64,000 nucleotides of DNA from Candidatus Latescibacterota bacterium (GCA_965198115.1 OZ240241.1:7680001-7744000), one strand, 5' to 3'; shown: positions 11,707 through 24,340, numbered from the stretch's first letter. The notes: generated by a model from the sequence alone, not told the origin. Program-made: numbers and translations.

Positions 11707-11823
11707 TAAAAGCTGCGCCAGGCTTCCAAATAACTGAGGCGCTTCTCAAAGAGAAACGCCCCAGCAGATCATCCTATCCTTCGTGTCTTCGCGCAGGAGC
11801 CTGCACTGAGCGGAGTGTGTGAG

Positions 11824-12475
11824 CTATCCTCCTCCAAACACAGTCGCAAATTGGAGAAAGTCCGCAAAATCGACCCGACCGCTCTCGTCCAGATCGAACA
11901 GCGCCTCCGTAGATCCGAATGCAGGCGCGAACAGCAGAAAATCCGCGAAATCGACACCACCGTTCGCGTCGAAATCACCAATCAGCGGGACATCAATAGC
12001 GGCGAGCAGCGACGCGATCGTCTCGCTCGCGCGTTCGATCTGGGGCTGACTCCTGGGGCTCTGGAACTGAAGAATCCCCTCGGGGTCCACGACCCAGAGC
12101 CATCCACCGCACCCTTTGCAAGCACACCCAGCGCCTCAGACGCTCTCATCAACAGCGGAAAACTGACCTGCGTCACCTCCTGGTAGAGCCTCAGCTGCGT
12201 CGCACTCCCGTTCCACACGTCCAGACCCAGCACCTGAACTTTTTGGGGGTTGTTGGCGTTCCAGATCTGTGTCTCTACGGACGGACCCGTCCCGAAGCAG
12301 AGGTGTCAGTCGTAGCCCATCAGGTAGAGAACAAGAACCTTGCCCCGGAACTCCGAAGGCGTATAGATCTCTCCATCCAGAGCCCGGAGGGCAAACTCAG
12401 GCACCGGCTCTCCGACATCAGCCATTAGCGGGTTCGCCGACAGGAAAACGAGGAACCAACCGTTTAAGAAACGCC
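11824..12475 (-). CDS. Probable selenoprotein: AhpC/TlpA-like redoxin (U-H-L-C) fused to dockerin-like repeat; start removed by IS256
   Basis: ORFs 12306..12542 and 11982..12233 are in frame across TGA 12306-12308 (MGYD*HLC); VGEPVPEFAL/GKVLVL redoxin signature; GDFDANGGVDFADF repeat after frameshift near 12110. Confidence 0.7.
12273..12308 (-). promoter_or_regulatory. Bacterial SECIS-like hairpin
   Basis: UGA-CAC-CUCUGC-UUCG-GGACG-[GGUC]-CGUCC-GUAGAG: two stems, G-first apical loop 18 nt after UGA. Confidence 0.65.
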
Positions 12476-13862
12476 GGTCAAGTCCCATAGTCAGTTGAAA
12501 CTCATCGGGCCCCGTAGTTTGGTCAGGCTCTCTTTTGAGCATTCTGTTCGTTGTCGAGATTCAGATCTTTGTTCAGTGCTTGCCTGAGTAGGGGAAGATG
12601 TTTGTATCCGCTCACGCGTCGCAGGCGAGGTTCGATGTCGAGGAGTGCGGCAGCCACCCATCTGTGTCTCTGGGGAGAGTTGTTCCAGCGTCTGACCTTC
12701 CGAGTGAGCTCGCCGGTCCTGCTGTTGAGGGCTTCGATGCAGTTGGTGGTTCGGAAGCTTCGTTTCAGGAATGGGAGCATACCCAGCCGGTGGAGGGTCA
12801 GGGTTTCCTCCAGGCCTTCCTCGAGGCTCGTTACGGCAGACTGATTCATCAGCTTCAGTTCGGGTTTAAGTGATTCGAGTGCGGCCTTTGCCTCCTCGTA
12901 GGTGTCGCAGTCATAGGCTTTCTGGAGCTTCCGTCGAACTCTTGGACGTTCCCTCTCCGGGAGATAGCTGACGACATTCTCGCGCTTGTGCCACTGACAG
13001 CGATGAACGCGCACATACCCTTTGAGGGCTTTGGTGACAGCACTGCGGAGCCCCTTTGAGCCGTCAAGCACAACGAGAAGGCCCTGGTCGTAGCACAGGC
13101 CTCTCCGGATGAGGTCTTGGATCAGCTGGCGGCAGATCCGTTCGTTCTCCGTCGCCGATTCGACGAAGCCCAGGGGGATCTTCTGGCCGTCCATCGTGAC
13201 CCCCAGAGCGATCACGATCTCTTCGTCGGCAAAGCTCTTTCCGTCAATGAACAGGGTCACGAAGCCGTAGTCGTCGAGGGGACGCTCCTGGAACTGCTTC
13301 AGCTTCTTCGCGGTGGCTTTGATGAACCGCCGCGAGACGGAGGACGCTGAGATACCAAACGCTTCTGGAACCGATTCGGCACAGGCCTTGTAGTTGCGGC
13401 ACGAGATCCCCTTGAGAACACGAAGCAACAGCCCCTCGTCCGTCTTCTTGGGCGTCTGTAGAGCCCGGTATGCAGCCAGGGAAACCTCTGCGTCGGCCTC
13501 GACGTCGCGCACCCGGGGAACGTCTAACGGGAGCTTCTGGTCCATCAGATACACGGATCCCTTCTGGCTTCCCCACCGACGATGCGCCTGCTCCGAACCT
13601 TTGCGCGCATACCGAACGCCTGCGAGCTGCTCGACCTCCTGCTGGAGGAGGTCTGCCACTGCCTCCAGACCCAACGGGATCAACGCCTGGATCACCGACA
13701 AACGCGTCTCCAAATCGATGACATCGCCCTCAACCTTGACTTCACCATCGCCTACAAATAGCTTCTCCATCTGGGCTCCTTTCTTACGGGTATACGCTCC
13801 TACACGTCTACCCAACGTAAGTTTGGAGCCCTCTAAGTTTCAACTACGATAGGCACAACACC
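12476..13862 (-). mobile_element. IS256-family element type A (full length; transposase in 12523..13815)
   Basis: Ends ggtcaagtcccatagtcagttgaaa / tttcaactacgataggcacaacacc; FIDGK, LDGSKGL, RCQWHK, RTTNCIE; no TSD. Confidence 0.92.
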
Positions 13863-14435
13863 GCATTAGGCTTGGTTTGCGAGACTCCGACTATAGAAAC
13901 GAAAATGAGATCCTTGTGCAGAGAAGGCAGATACTCTATGAGTGCTTCGATCTCGCTAGAAATTACTTGATTGTGAGCGAGAGCTACATTTTGGGCGTTA
14001 CTGACTTATGTCCCCGAGCAACAAGAACGCAGGGAATGGGCGCAGACATGTTCAATCTCATGAATCTAAAGTCAATTCCTGGCACAGACCTTCGGCCGGT
14101 TATAGATCAGCTGTCCTAGCAGCGTCGCGTCGGCGGTGCCGGCCACTTGGTTGCGGAGCAGCTGTCACAGGCATGCTGCTCCTCCTCCCCGGAGTCTGCC
14201 CCTCACACTCCAGACGAGCACAAAGGGAAAGACGCCCCCTCATCGGTTTGACAGCCTTCCCACAGGCCGTCTCGTATACAGGGCGAGACCAAACCTGGAC
14301 GTCCGAATAGGAAGGGCTAGCGTGGCATCGAAGGTCCGGCGTATACTCGTCGCTCTGTGGTTCTGGAAGAAATCCATCCGCTCAACTTTAGCGTAGCGCG
14401 CGATGACCAGTACAATCGAGGAGGGCCTGTGACGA

Positions 14436-14911
14436 TGCGCGTATGCCTCGTAGTGTCCCTCCTCGCTATCTCGATTGGTTGTGCTGATGACACGGCTCCG
14501 GCCGAGCCGGTGGGGGCACAAAGCGAGGTGTCAAACCTTGGGGGTGCCCGCATCCGCCTAGGTATGACCCGCGATGAGGTGCTCGAAGCCCTAGGGGAGT
14601 TTGAGTTTACTCTAGACGAGTCGGGCACGGTACGGGGATACAGCCCCCTAACACCCGACACCGATGACGTGGGATCCATATATTTCAGTAACGACGGGCT
14701 TGTCAATCGGATCAACAGGAATTGGCGGCGATCCGAGACCCAGGAAAGCATAGTGCTAGCCGAGGCCCTGCTAGGTGCCTTGACGCCCATGCTGCACGCG
14801 GGAGGTGCCTGCCATAGCTGCAGAATTCACATTACTGAAGAAGCCGGCCCCCCGTTGCGGCTAGCGAATGGCGCCGGTGCCGGTACTCGTACTCGGGTAG
14901 CAAGGGGATAG
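14436..14911 (+). CDS. Hypothetical lipoprotein
   Basis: MRVCLVVSLLAISIG-C lipobox; IRLGMTRDEVLEALG (BamE/SmpA-like motif); SD gaggagg upstream. Confidence 0.55.
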
Positions 14912-15043
14912 GAAGGCCTTTGTGGGAAGCGAGCACGGCCCGGAGGGCATCAAGGAGCTGACCGCGTGGCTGGAAACGGACGACGCCAAGGGCCGCGCGT
15001 CCCGGTGCAAGGCCCGTATTTACCGTCCGATATGGTATCGAAC

Positions 15044-15652
15044 GGGTGTGTCCAGAGATTTGTGTAACTGGTGACACGATTACTTTAACGGGACACGATC
15101 TTCGAACATGATGGCGAACCGGTTGATGGCCCCATTCCAATCGTTCAGTGGCCGGGTCCATCGTTTGGAGATGTTTCGGATCGCCAGATACAGGAGTTTG
15201 ATGGCGGCCTGATCATTCGGGAACGCGCCTCTGTTCTTCGTGACTTTCCGGAGCGATGCGTTCATTGACTCGATGGCGTTCGTCGTGTAGATCACCTTCC
15301 GGATCTCTGGTGGGTAGGCGAAGAACGGGGTGATGTGCTCCCAGTGTTCACGCCAGGACCGACCGATCATCGAGTAGGTGTTGTCCCACTTCACAGAGAA
15401 CTTCTCCAGTTGGTTCTCGGCCTTACGAAGTGTGGCGGACTGGTAGATCGCTTTGAGGTCTCGGGCGACTTCTTTGCGGTTCTTCCAGGAGACGTAGTTC
15501 AAGCTGTTCCGCACCATATGGACGATGCACAGTTGAACATCTGTCCTCGGGAAGACGGCTTCAATCGCTTCAGGGAAGCCGTTGAGCCCATCGACACAGG
15601 CCAGGAAGATATCGTTGACGCCACGGTTCTGGAGCTCGGTCAGGACCGACAT
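15044..15652 (-). mobile_element. IS256-family type C, 3' half with terminal repeat
   Basis: CVDGLNGF, QLCIVHMVRNS, YTTNAIESMN; end gggtgtgtccagagatttgtgtaactggtga. Confidence 0.88.
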
Positions 15653-15755
15653 CCCGGTGTTCCCTCCTACGATTTCAGGTTCGACGATAGTCTCAAGTGT
15701 AAAGCTGGTTAGTATGGATTCCCAAGAACATCCACTTCCGAAGTAGGTTTCGGGC

Positions 15756-18349
15756 GGTCAAGTCCCATAGTCAGTTGAAACTCATCGGGCTCCGTGGTAT
15801 TCATGCTCTCTGCCGAGCATCTTGATTGTCGCCGAGATTCAGGTTGTTTTTCAGTGCTTGCCTGAGCAGCGGGAGGTGTTTGTATCCGCTCACGCGTCGC
15901 AGGCGTGGTTCGATGTCGAGGAGTGCGGCCGCGACCCATCTGTGTCGCTGAGGAGAGTTGTTCCAGCGGTTGACCTTCCGTATCAGGTTGCCGGTCATGC
16001 TGTTGAGCGCCTCGATGCAATTGGTGGTTCGGAAGCTTCGCTTCAAGAACGGGAGCATCCCCAGCCGGTGGAGGGTCAGGGTTTCCTCCAGTCCTTCCTC
16101 GAGGCTTGCCACGGCAGACTGATTCATCAGCTTGAGTTCGGGTTTGAGTGATTCGAGTGCGGCCTTTGCCTCCTCGTAGGTGTCGCAGTCATAGGCTTTC
16201 TGAAGTTTCCGTCGAACTCTTGGACGTTCTGCCTCCGGGAGGTAGCTGACGACGTTCTCGCGCTTGTGCCACTGACAGCGATGCACGCACACATCCCCTT
16301 TGAGGGCTTTGGTGACGGCACTGCGGAGTCCCTTTGAGCCGTCCAGCACAACGAGAAGGCCCTGGTTGTAGCACAGGCCTCTCCGGATGAGATCCTGGAT
16401 CAGCTGACGGCAGATCCGTTCGTTCTCCGTCGCCGATTCGACGAAGCCCAGGGGGATCTTCTGGCCGTCCGTCGTGACGCCCAGAGCGATCACGATCTCT
16501 TCGTCGGCAAAGCTCTTTCCGTCGATGAACAGGGCGACCAAGTCGTAGTCGTCGAGCGGTCGTTCCTGGAACTGCTTCAGCTTCTTTGCGGTGGCTTTGA
16601 TGAACCGTCGCGCACACGGGGAACGGCCACCGGCAGCTTCTGGTCCATCAGATACACGGACCCTTTCTGGCTTCCCCATCGACGATGCGACTGCTCTGAA
16701 CCCTTACGCGCATACCGAACGCCTGCGAGCTGCTCCACCTCTGCTGGAGCACGTCGGCAACGGCCTCCAGACCCAGCGGAATCAGCGCCCGGATCACCGA
16801 TAAACGCGTCTCCAAATCCATAACGTCTGACCCAACCTTGACTTCGCCATCCCCTGCAAATAGCTTCTCCATCGTGGGCTCCTTTCTTACGGGTACACGC
16901 TCTCACACGTCTACCCACAACGTAAGTTTGGAGAGCTCAGGTCAATAGGTGTGTAAAAGAAATCAGGCGGCCATCTTCCCGGTTTCGACCTGCGGTCCGG
17001 TTGAGTGTTTCTGATCGTAGACTTGTTGTAGCAAGTGTGGCGCGGTGAGTTTCCTGAATCGGCTCTCTGCGACCTTGAGCGTACGCCAGATGAGAGCCGT
17101 GGCGTTCCTGACTTTCTTGAATCGCCTGGCGGCGTTTGTGCGAAGCCGAACGGAAGCAAAGGGGCTCTCGACGACGTTCGTGGTTCTCAGGTGTTTCCAG
17201 TGTTCCTTCGGGAAGTCGTAGAACGTGACCATCCGATCCCAGTCTCTTTCGAGCGTCTCCACGGCGGCAGGGAACTGTGAGCGATACCGTGCGGCAAAGC
17301 GTTTCCGGAGCTTCTCGGCCTCCTTTTTCGTGCCGGCATAGGGGATCTGGACGAGCAGTGCGCGGGCTTCAGCCTGTGCACGCTTGGCGACCTTGTCGAG
17401 CACGTTGAGGATCTTGTGGTTCCAGCACCGTTGTTGCCGGCTCTCTGGCCAGACCTGATCAACGGCCGCCCAGATGCCCATATTCCCGTCCGCGGCGATC
17501 AGGACAGGATGTTCGAGCCCGCGATCCCGGAGATCCCGGAGCACCGTGAGCCAGGATTCTGTAGACTCTCGATAACCGGGTTCTATCGCCAGGATCTCCT
17601 TGCTGCCGTCGCTCATCGCGCCGATCACGACCAGCAGACACGCCTTCTCGCGCTCGAGCCCGGCTTTGACGTAGATGCCATCAGCCCAGGCGTAGACCAG
17701 TTCGCGATTATCCAGACGCCTTTCTTTCCAGTCCTGGAAGTCGACCTCCCACTTCCCTCGAAGACGAGCGATCGAGGTCGGCGAAAGCGGCGCGCCATCA
17801 CCGAGCAGCGCACGCAAAGACAACTCGAAGTCGCCCTGGGAGAGACCGTGGAGATAAAGGTCGGGAAGCAGATCTCCAATGGCCCTGGTTCTCCGGGCGA
17901 ACAGGGGGAGGATGCGGCTTTCAAACCGCTCTTCCAGACCACGAACCCGGGGACGCCGGACCTTGATCGTTCCGCAGCTCGTCGAGAGACGCCGGGGCTT
18001 GCCGTAGCCGTTCCTGTAGCCCCTGGAGCTATCGACCTCGGCTCGGCGCTCATACCACGACCGGCCCAAGAACGCGGTCGCCTCCTCCTCCAGAATGGAC
18101 TGGAACCGGCCCTGGATCTCTTCACGGATCCAATCGTCAACCGTCTCCCACGTCGGCATGGACTTCAATGGGGCTCTATGCGTATGTTCCTTCACGGCGA
18201 TCCTCCTTCCCAACCGGGCCTCTCACCCGGTTTTGTGTGAATCAACTATCTCACGGGAAGGGTAGGGTCGCCCTTTCTCTTTTTCCACACCTTTTGATTA
18301 TAGCTCAGTTTGGAGCCCTTTAAGTTTCAACTAGGATAGGGACCTCACC
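15756..18349 (-). mobile_element. Divergent IS256 type A copy with internal deletion and a nested type B element
   Basis: Same ends as 12476..13862; deletion near 16610; interrupted at 16933. Confidence 0.88.
16933..18306 (-). mobile_element. IS256-family type B (416-aa transposase 16963..18213)
   Basis: 8-bp TSD AGTTTGGA (16925-32, 18307-14); WADGIY, ADGNMG, RCWNHK, RTTNVVE. Confidence 0.95.
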
Positions 18350-18394
18350 CAAACACTTGTACAAGGGGACTACCTTTTTTATGCATAATTCAGG
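18350..18394 (+). mobile_element. Probable IS1380-type terminal remnant
   Basis: ttatgcataattcagg resembles the end at 38096-38112 (ttcatgcatgattcagg). Confidence 0.5.
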
Positions 18395-18398
18395 CTAG

Positions 18399-19952
18399 GA
18401 GCCTGTCGGGTTACACCCGGAAGCTCGTTGAGATTAAGTCCAGCTGAGTCTGTCAGCGACCGGTTACCTTCGTTTTTTCCTTGAGCCGAGTTCCTCTTCG
18501 GGATCAGGTAGCCAATGAGAGTCGATAGAGTTTCAGAAGGTTGTGTGTGAGACAGATCAGGTTCCATTCTCTGATGACTTTGTGGATTCGGCGGAATGAG
18601 AATCGGGTGAAGTTCCGAACGGATTTGATCTGTCCAAACACGGGTTCGATGATCTGTTTTCTTTTCCAGTAGGTGCAGCGACCTTTCTGTGTGAGAAGCT
18701 TTCTCGCCATTTTGTCTTTCGTCGTTGCGCCCTTGGGGATCCGTCCCCTGGGGCAGGTCGCGATGGGCGTTCCATGTTTCTGTTTTGTCGTCGCCACATA
18801 GAGGTCGACGCCATCTGATTGAACCTGATCGACCTGACTTTGGTTGAAGTATCCGGTGTCGGCAGTGAGGTGCTTGGGTGTCGTGCCGCCCATATTCGCT
18901 CTGATCTGGTTGACCATAGGTGTCATCTGGTTCTTGTCATCAGCTTCTTGGGTGACGTCGGCAGCAACGACAATCTGGGCCTTGTCATCCACAGCAGCTT
19001 GGCAGTTGTAGGCTTGAAGGAATTGGCCCCCTGAGACCATGATCCGTGAGTCGGGATCGGTGAAGTTCAGTTGTTCCTTTCAGTCGGGCTCTTTCGATGG
19101 AGGCTTGGGCTTACGTCCACGACCGCCGCGGCGCTCCCGGGCCTTTACCTTCTCTTCATACGCTGCCTGCTTCTCAGGAAACTCAGCCTCCGCTTCGGCT
19201 TCGATCTCGGCTATTGCGTCGCGGATTACTTTGAGTCGAGTCTCCCGGTGCTGCAACTCCTCGGGCAACTCGTCGCCGCGGTTGTCCTTTCCGTAGAGTT
19301 CGTCTTCGGCCGCGTCAGTGGCTTCGGCCTCGGTCAAGAGTCTGCGCACTTCGGCCTCGATCTCGGCTTCTTTCTTCTTCATCCGGCCGTAGCTCATCGC
19401 TTTGTGTTTTGAGGCATTTGCTTTGACTTTCGTGCCATCCAACGCCACGTGTCCCAGCTTCACCAGACCTGCCTTCACGCAGGGACACAGCACTTGCCTG
19501 AACAGACCTGAGAGGGCATCCAGATGCCGTTGACGAAAGGTCGATATCGTGTCGTGATCAGGATGCTGATCCAGGCTGAGCACACGGAAAGCAACGGAGT
19601 CATAGGTCGCACGCTCAATCTTGCGGGAACTCCTGATGCCTTCGCAGTAACCATACAGCAGTAGGCTCACCATCATCCGGGGATCATACGGTGGCTGGCC
19701 ACCTTGAGACCCATCGTAGGTCTCGTAGATCGCGGACAAATCAAGTTGTCCGACGATATCCAGAATGAAGTAGGTCGGATGACCCTTGGGAAGCCAACTC
19801 CGGAGATCCGGAGGCAGCAACATCAACTGAGCCGGATTGTAGACACGAAACCGAGTAGAAGTGCTCAACGGAAACCTCCAATTCAGAGTCGGAACCTTGG
19901 TCGCACTTCTACAATACGAAATCTTCCTCCGGCTGGGTACTCCGACAGGCTC
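18399..19952 (-). mobile_element. IS1182-family element; transposase 18504..19868 frameshifted near 19080
   Basis: TIR gagcctgtcgg, flanking CTAG at both sides; GQPPYDPRMM, SSRKIE, LDGTKVKANAS, ADTGY, IEPVFGQIK. Confidence 0.9.
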
Positions 19953-19962
19953 CTAGGAACTA

Positions 19963-20610
19963 ATGAAGAAGCTTTCGCTCAAATACGTTGGTGCTAAGAC
20001 GGTCCGCGCTCTATTGGAGCGCTACGCTTGTCCGATTCCGTTTCATATTGTTCGCATGCGGTTCCTCGGCAATATTGCGACGCCCAAGTTCGACGCATCG
20101 CCTATCGAAACCATTAAGAGCTTTTGGGGCGGTGAGCTGCCCGAGTTCGATAATAGGGCAGCCGTCAATGAATTGTTCGAGGCCCTGATGAGCCTGTGGA
20201 ACGAATTGGCAAGACACCAATCGGTCACCAAACCAGTCCAATTGGTGAGGATGGCCATCAAGCCGGACCCGGGCAATCTTATCCGCTTGTGCCAAACGCG
20301 CACTGAAGAATTGGAAGGCTTCATCGACGGCCTGTTCGGCGACGAAGAAGTCATCAACCTACCCAAACGGGCCAACGAAGCTCTGAGTCATCTCGCCGAT
20401 ATCAACGCAATGCTGCACGGCACTCTCGACCTCATGGCAAGAGAACTGGCACCATCGGCGTCGCAAGAGGACATGATGAGTACCTTCAAGAATGTGGTGG
20501 AACTCTCACGCATCGTGGAGAAAGAACTTCACGCGGTGGTACTTTCCGGCAAGCGAGCACGCCAACAGGCCATCTCGACCATCGCAGTGGACAAGCCGAC
20601 AATCCATTGA
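19963..20610 (+). CDS. Hypothetical helical protein (possibly UPF0149/YecA-like)
   Basis: Clean 215-aa ORF (LLERYACPIPFH..RFLGNIATP, LEGFIDGLFG). Confidence 0.6.
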   Translation: MKKLSLKYVGAKTVRALLERYACPIPFHIVRMRFLGNIATPKFDASPIETIKSFWGGELPEFDNRAAVNELFEALMSLWNELARHQSVTKPVQLVRMAIKPDPGNLIRLCQTRTEELEGFIDGLFGDEEVINLPKRANEALSHLADINAMLHGTLDLMARELAPSASQEDMMSTFKNVVELSRIVEKELHAVVLSGKRARQQAISTIAVDKPTIH

Positions 20611-20840
20611 TCTGATCCGTACCGTTCTGCCTTCGCTATGGCTGCCAATTACAGTTCTCGTTCTCTCATAGAGGCTTCTTGATTTGGAAAGAGAGGGGTC
20701 ACCTCACGAAACGGGGAAAATCGTACGCCAAGGAGAATCGCCGCCTCTGGAGGTGTGGGGTTGAAGTATACCTCAACTGGACATAAGCAAGATAATGCGC
20801 GCGGGGAAAGGGCCGTTGTTAGCCACGAGCGGACATCCTG

Positions 20841-21165
20841 ATGGCTTCCATCCTATCGGAGGAATTCCTGGCCGAAGTGCGGGGGATGCCCCAGCGCAAC
20901 CTAGCCGTCGAACTGTTGCAGAAGCTTCTGAAGGGCGAGATTGCCGTCCGCCGCCGGAAGAATGTCGTTCAGGCAAGGTCCTTCGCCGAGATGCTGGAGC
21001 AGACCCTCCGCCGCATCAGAACCGTGCCGTCGAGGCTGCGCAGGTGATCGAGGAGTTGATCCAACTGGCCCGGGAACTGCGGGAAGCTACCGCTCGCGGT
21101 GAGAAGCTCGGGCTATCGGAAAACGAGTTGGGCCTTCTACGACGCCCTGGAGACCAACGACAGCG
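20841..21165 (+). pseudogene. hsdR: Type I restriction subunit R C-terminal (DUF3387-like) fragment
   Basis: [29 protein letters not shown] / [25 protein letters not shown]. Confidence 0.8.
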
Positions 21166-21181
21166 CTGACTGCGGTAACCA

Positions 21182-21469
21182 ATGATTCTGCCAAAAGTCT
21201 GTCTCGGGGTGGTGGACCTCATCCTCGTCCTGGTGGTTCTTGACGCCACCCGCGATCCAACCCGTCAGATTTCCTCCCAGCTCTACACAGCCGCCGTTCG
21301 CTACGGCTACCAACCCCTCTCGTCTCGCCTTCTCAGAGGCAACGTGCAGTGTCGTTATGTTCCCTCCTGCTCCCACTACTCGATCGAAGCTGTGAGGCCG
21401 GGGCTGTCGTACCGCCTTGATAGCGCATACTTCCGGTTGGCTTGGCCTGAACCCCTCCCCAAGCCATAG
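21182..21469 (+). CDS. YidD-like (membrane insertion efficiency factor) small protein, possibly truncated
   Basis: YQPLSS...CRYVPSCSHYSIEAV motif. Confidence 0.6.
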   Translation: MILPKVCLGVVDLILVLVVLDATRDPTRQISSQLYTAAVRYGYQPLSSRLLRGNVQCRYVPSCSHYSIEAVRPGLSYRLDSAYFRLAWPEPLPKP

Positions 21470-21492
21470 CCAAGGTAATGGAGGCCCGAAGA

Positions 21493-24340
21493 ATGACCGC
21501 GAAGCTCGAACTTCGAATACCGCCATCATCATCGCGCCACCTGCTCAAGGCCCTACGTCTTGCGCGGACCTTCGAAGATTTCAGAGAACCCAGGGGACGG
21601 TCCGACTCCTACACGATCCGCGTGGGGCAGGACGAACTACGCATCCGGTACAAAGCCGTCGAGCGACTCTACCGCATGACCCGCGGCTGGAGGGGCACAG
21701 AGCTACGGGTAGCAGGTAAACCGGCAGACCTGAAGGCGATGAACGCTATCGTGAGCGTCTTCCGGTGTGCGGAACATCGGGACCTCACGGCTATTCCAGA
21801 TGCCTACTGCCAGCCAGGCGAAGAAGGCTGGGGATGCAAGCACCTGGACCAGATTCGCGCTGACCTGCCTGTGGTCGTGTGGCAGCTGGACCAGACAAAC
21901 TACGCCTTCTGGTTCCAGTTTGGAGAGTTCACTCAGGACGGCAAGACGTGGAAAGTTGACAAGCCCGCCCTTCGCAAGGCGTTGATGCGGGAGGCATCTG
22001 CCAAGCATCTCACGATGTGTCCGTTCTTCAGCCGGGACCGGATCAAGCAGCGGGTGGCCGCTCTGCCTGCAAATCTGGAACTGGGGGAAGGATCAGCCTG
22101 GGCCCCCCGATGCAAGACCGACATGACCGGAGCGGGGCAACGGCAGCCGTTCGGTATTCAGCCTCGGGAGCTGGACCGGGACGATCCTCTGTCCTTATCT
22201 GTATCCGTTGATCCAGAGCCCGACGGAACACCGAAACAGGAGCGGCAGATCCCCGTTGTCTCCTTCCAGGACATTGGTGGGATGGACGAGGTCGTGACTA
22301 AGGTCCGAGAAGTCGTCGAGCTGCCCATTCGGCATCCTGAGCTGATGAAGCACCTGGGGATCACACCGCACAAGGGTGTCATCCTCTACGGGCCGCCTGG
22401 TTGCGGAAAGACGTTGTTGGCCAAGGCCATCGCCAACGAGGTGAACGCCCATTTTGCCTCGGTGAAGGGACCCGAACTCTACAGCAAGTGGGTGGGAGAG
22501 TCCGAAGAACGGCTTCGCGCGCTCTTTGACCACGCGCGTGAGTTCGCTCCCTCCATCGTCTTCTTCGACGAAATCGACGCCATTGCCTCCCGGCGCTCGG
22601 GGAACGATGCTAATCGGCATAGCGCCGCCTTCCTCAACCAGCTCCTGACCCTGATGGATGGTGTGGAGACCTATACGAACGTGTTCATCCTCGGAGCTAC
22701 AAATCGGCTGGAGCTATTGGATGAAGCCATCCTGCGTCCCGGGCGGTTCGACTACGCGCTGGAGGTGAAGAGACCCTCCCCGGAGGGCTGCCGTAAAATT
22801 CTGGGGATCCACACGCACCGTATGCCACTCGGCGCTGGCGTGGACTTAGGGTTTGCCACGAAATAAGTGCTGCACTTTTCAAGGTAATGATCTTACGCTC
22901 GGAGTGTGGACGTCGAAACTCTCCGAACGAAGTATGAAGCCTTGGCTCCGGTGCTGACGGAACGCACGCGTCGTCTGTGGGCCGCCACGGAAGCCGAAGC
23001 GTTGGGTCACGGTGGGATCGCGATTGTGGCTCTGGCGACAGGAATGTCCAGAGAGCGGATCTTTCGTGGCATTCAGGAGTTGAGGTCGGACGAACCTTTG
23101 GACCCGGCTCGCATCCGGCGTCCAGGCGGCGGTCGTAAGCGGAAGGCCGACACGGACCCGACGCTGTGGCAGGACCTGAATGATCTGGTCGAGCCAACGA
23201 CTGCGGGGTCGCCTGACGACAATCCTCTGAGATGGACATCGAAGAGCACTCGCAAACTGGCCGCCGAGTTGCAAGCGATGGGGCATTCGGTGAGCCCCAG
23301 GATCGTTGCCAATCTCCTGCACGAACACGATTACACGCTGCAGGCGAATCGGAAGACAAGGGAGGGATCTGCACACCCGGATCGGGACGCTCAGTTCGTT
23401 TACCTCGATGATCGGATTAGCCAGCAGCAGCAGCAGGGCCTTCCCGTTATCTCGGTGGACACCAAGAAGAAAGAGTTGATCGGCGACTTCAAGAATCCTG
23501 GCCGAGAATGGCGACCCAAGGGAGACCCGGAGCGTGTGAAGGTACACGATTTCATAGTGCCTGCTCAGGGCAAGGCGATCCCTTATGGAGTGTATGATCT
23601 GAGCCGTGATGAAGGCTGGGTAAGTGTCGGTATCGATCACGACACGGCCAGCTTCGCCGTGAATGCGATCCGAAGTTGGTGGAAGAACATGGGACGGCCC
23701 GCCTACGGCACTTCGACGCATCTGCTAATCACGGCGGACGCAGGCGGCAGCAACGGCGCCAAGACGCGGCTGTGGAAGTGGGAGCTGCAGCGCTTTGCGA
23801 ATCGCACTGGCCTGACGATCACCGTATGCCACTACCCTCCTGGCACTAGTAAGTGGAACAAGATCGAACATCGCCTGTTCTCCTTCATCGCTATGAACTG
23901 GGCGAGGCAAGCCCCTGGTCAGCCTGGCTGCAACCGTGAATCTCATTGCCGGAACGACCACTCAAGCCGGTCTCCGAGTACGCTCCGAGATCGACAAGCG
24001 ACCCTACCCTAACGGGGTCAAGGTGACCGATGAACAGATGACCCAAATCGATCTCACTCCGCACGATTTCCACGGCGACTGGAACTACACGATCCGGCCA
24101 ATGGCTCAACATTGAGATCGACCGTTTATTTATTCGCGAACCCTTAGATGCGATCGCAGCGGAGTTGGAAGGCCGCACTGGAGCTGAAATCGCCTATGTC
24201 GCACGGGAGGCCGCCTACAATTGCCTGCGGCGGCGTGTCCAAATCGAAGACCTGGTAGGGGAAGGAGGTCCAGAGGTCGACTTCTCGGACTTCGAGGTCT
24301 CTGAACAGGATTTCATGACGGCGGTTCAAGGCGCTTCCAC
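21493..24340 (+). pseudogene. CDC48/VCP-type AAA+ ATPase with unusual Cys-containing N-domain, interrupted by ISAzo13
   Basis: [27 protein letters not shown]; removing the IS restores GVDL-DAIAAELEGRTGAEI. Confidence 0.85.
22849..24143 (+). mobile_element. ISAzo13-family element (transposase with +1 frameshift near 23903)
   Basis: Ends gggtttgccacgaaataa / ttattcgcgaaccc, TSD TTA; WTSKS, SVDTKKKE, ADAGGSN, SKWNKIEHRLF. Confidence 0.93.

Noticed and set aside
15660-15695. Possible extra IS end (ggttcgacgatagtctc)
   Set aside because: No partner end or transposase in the window
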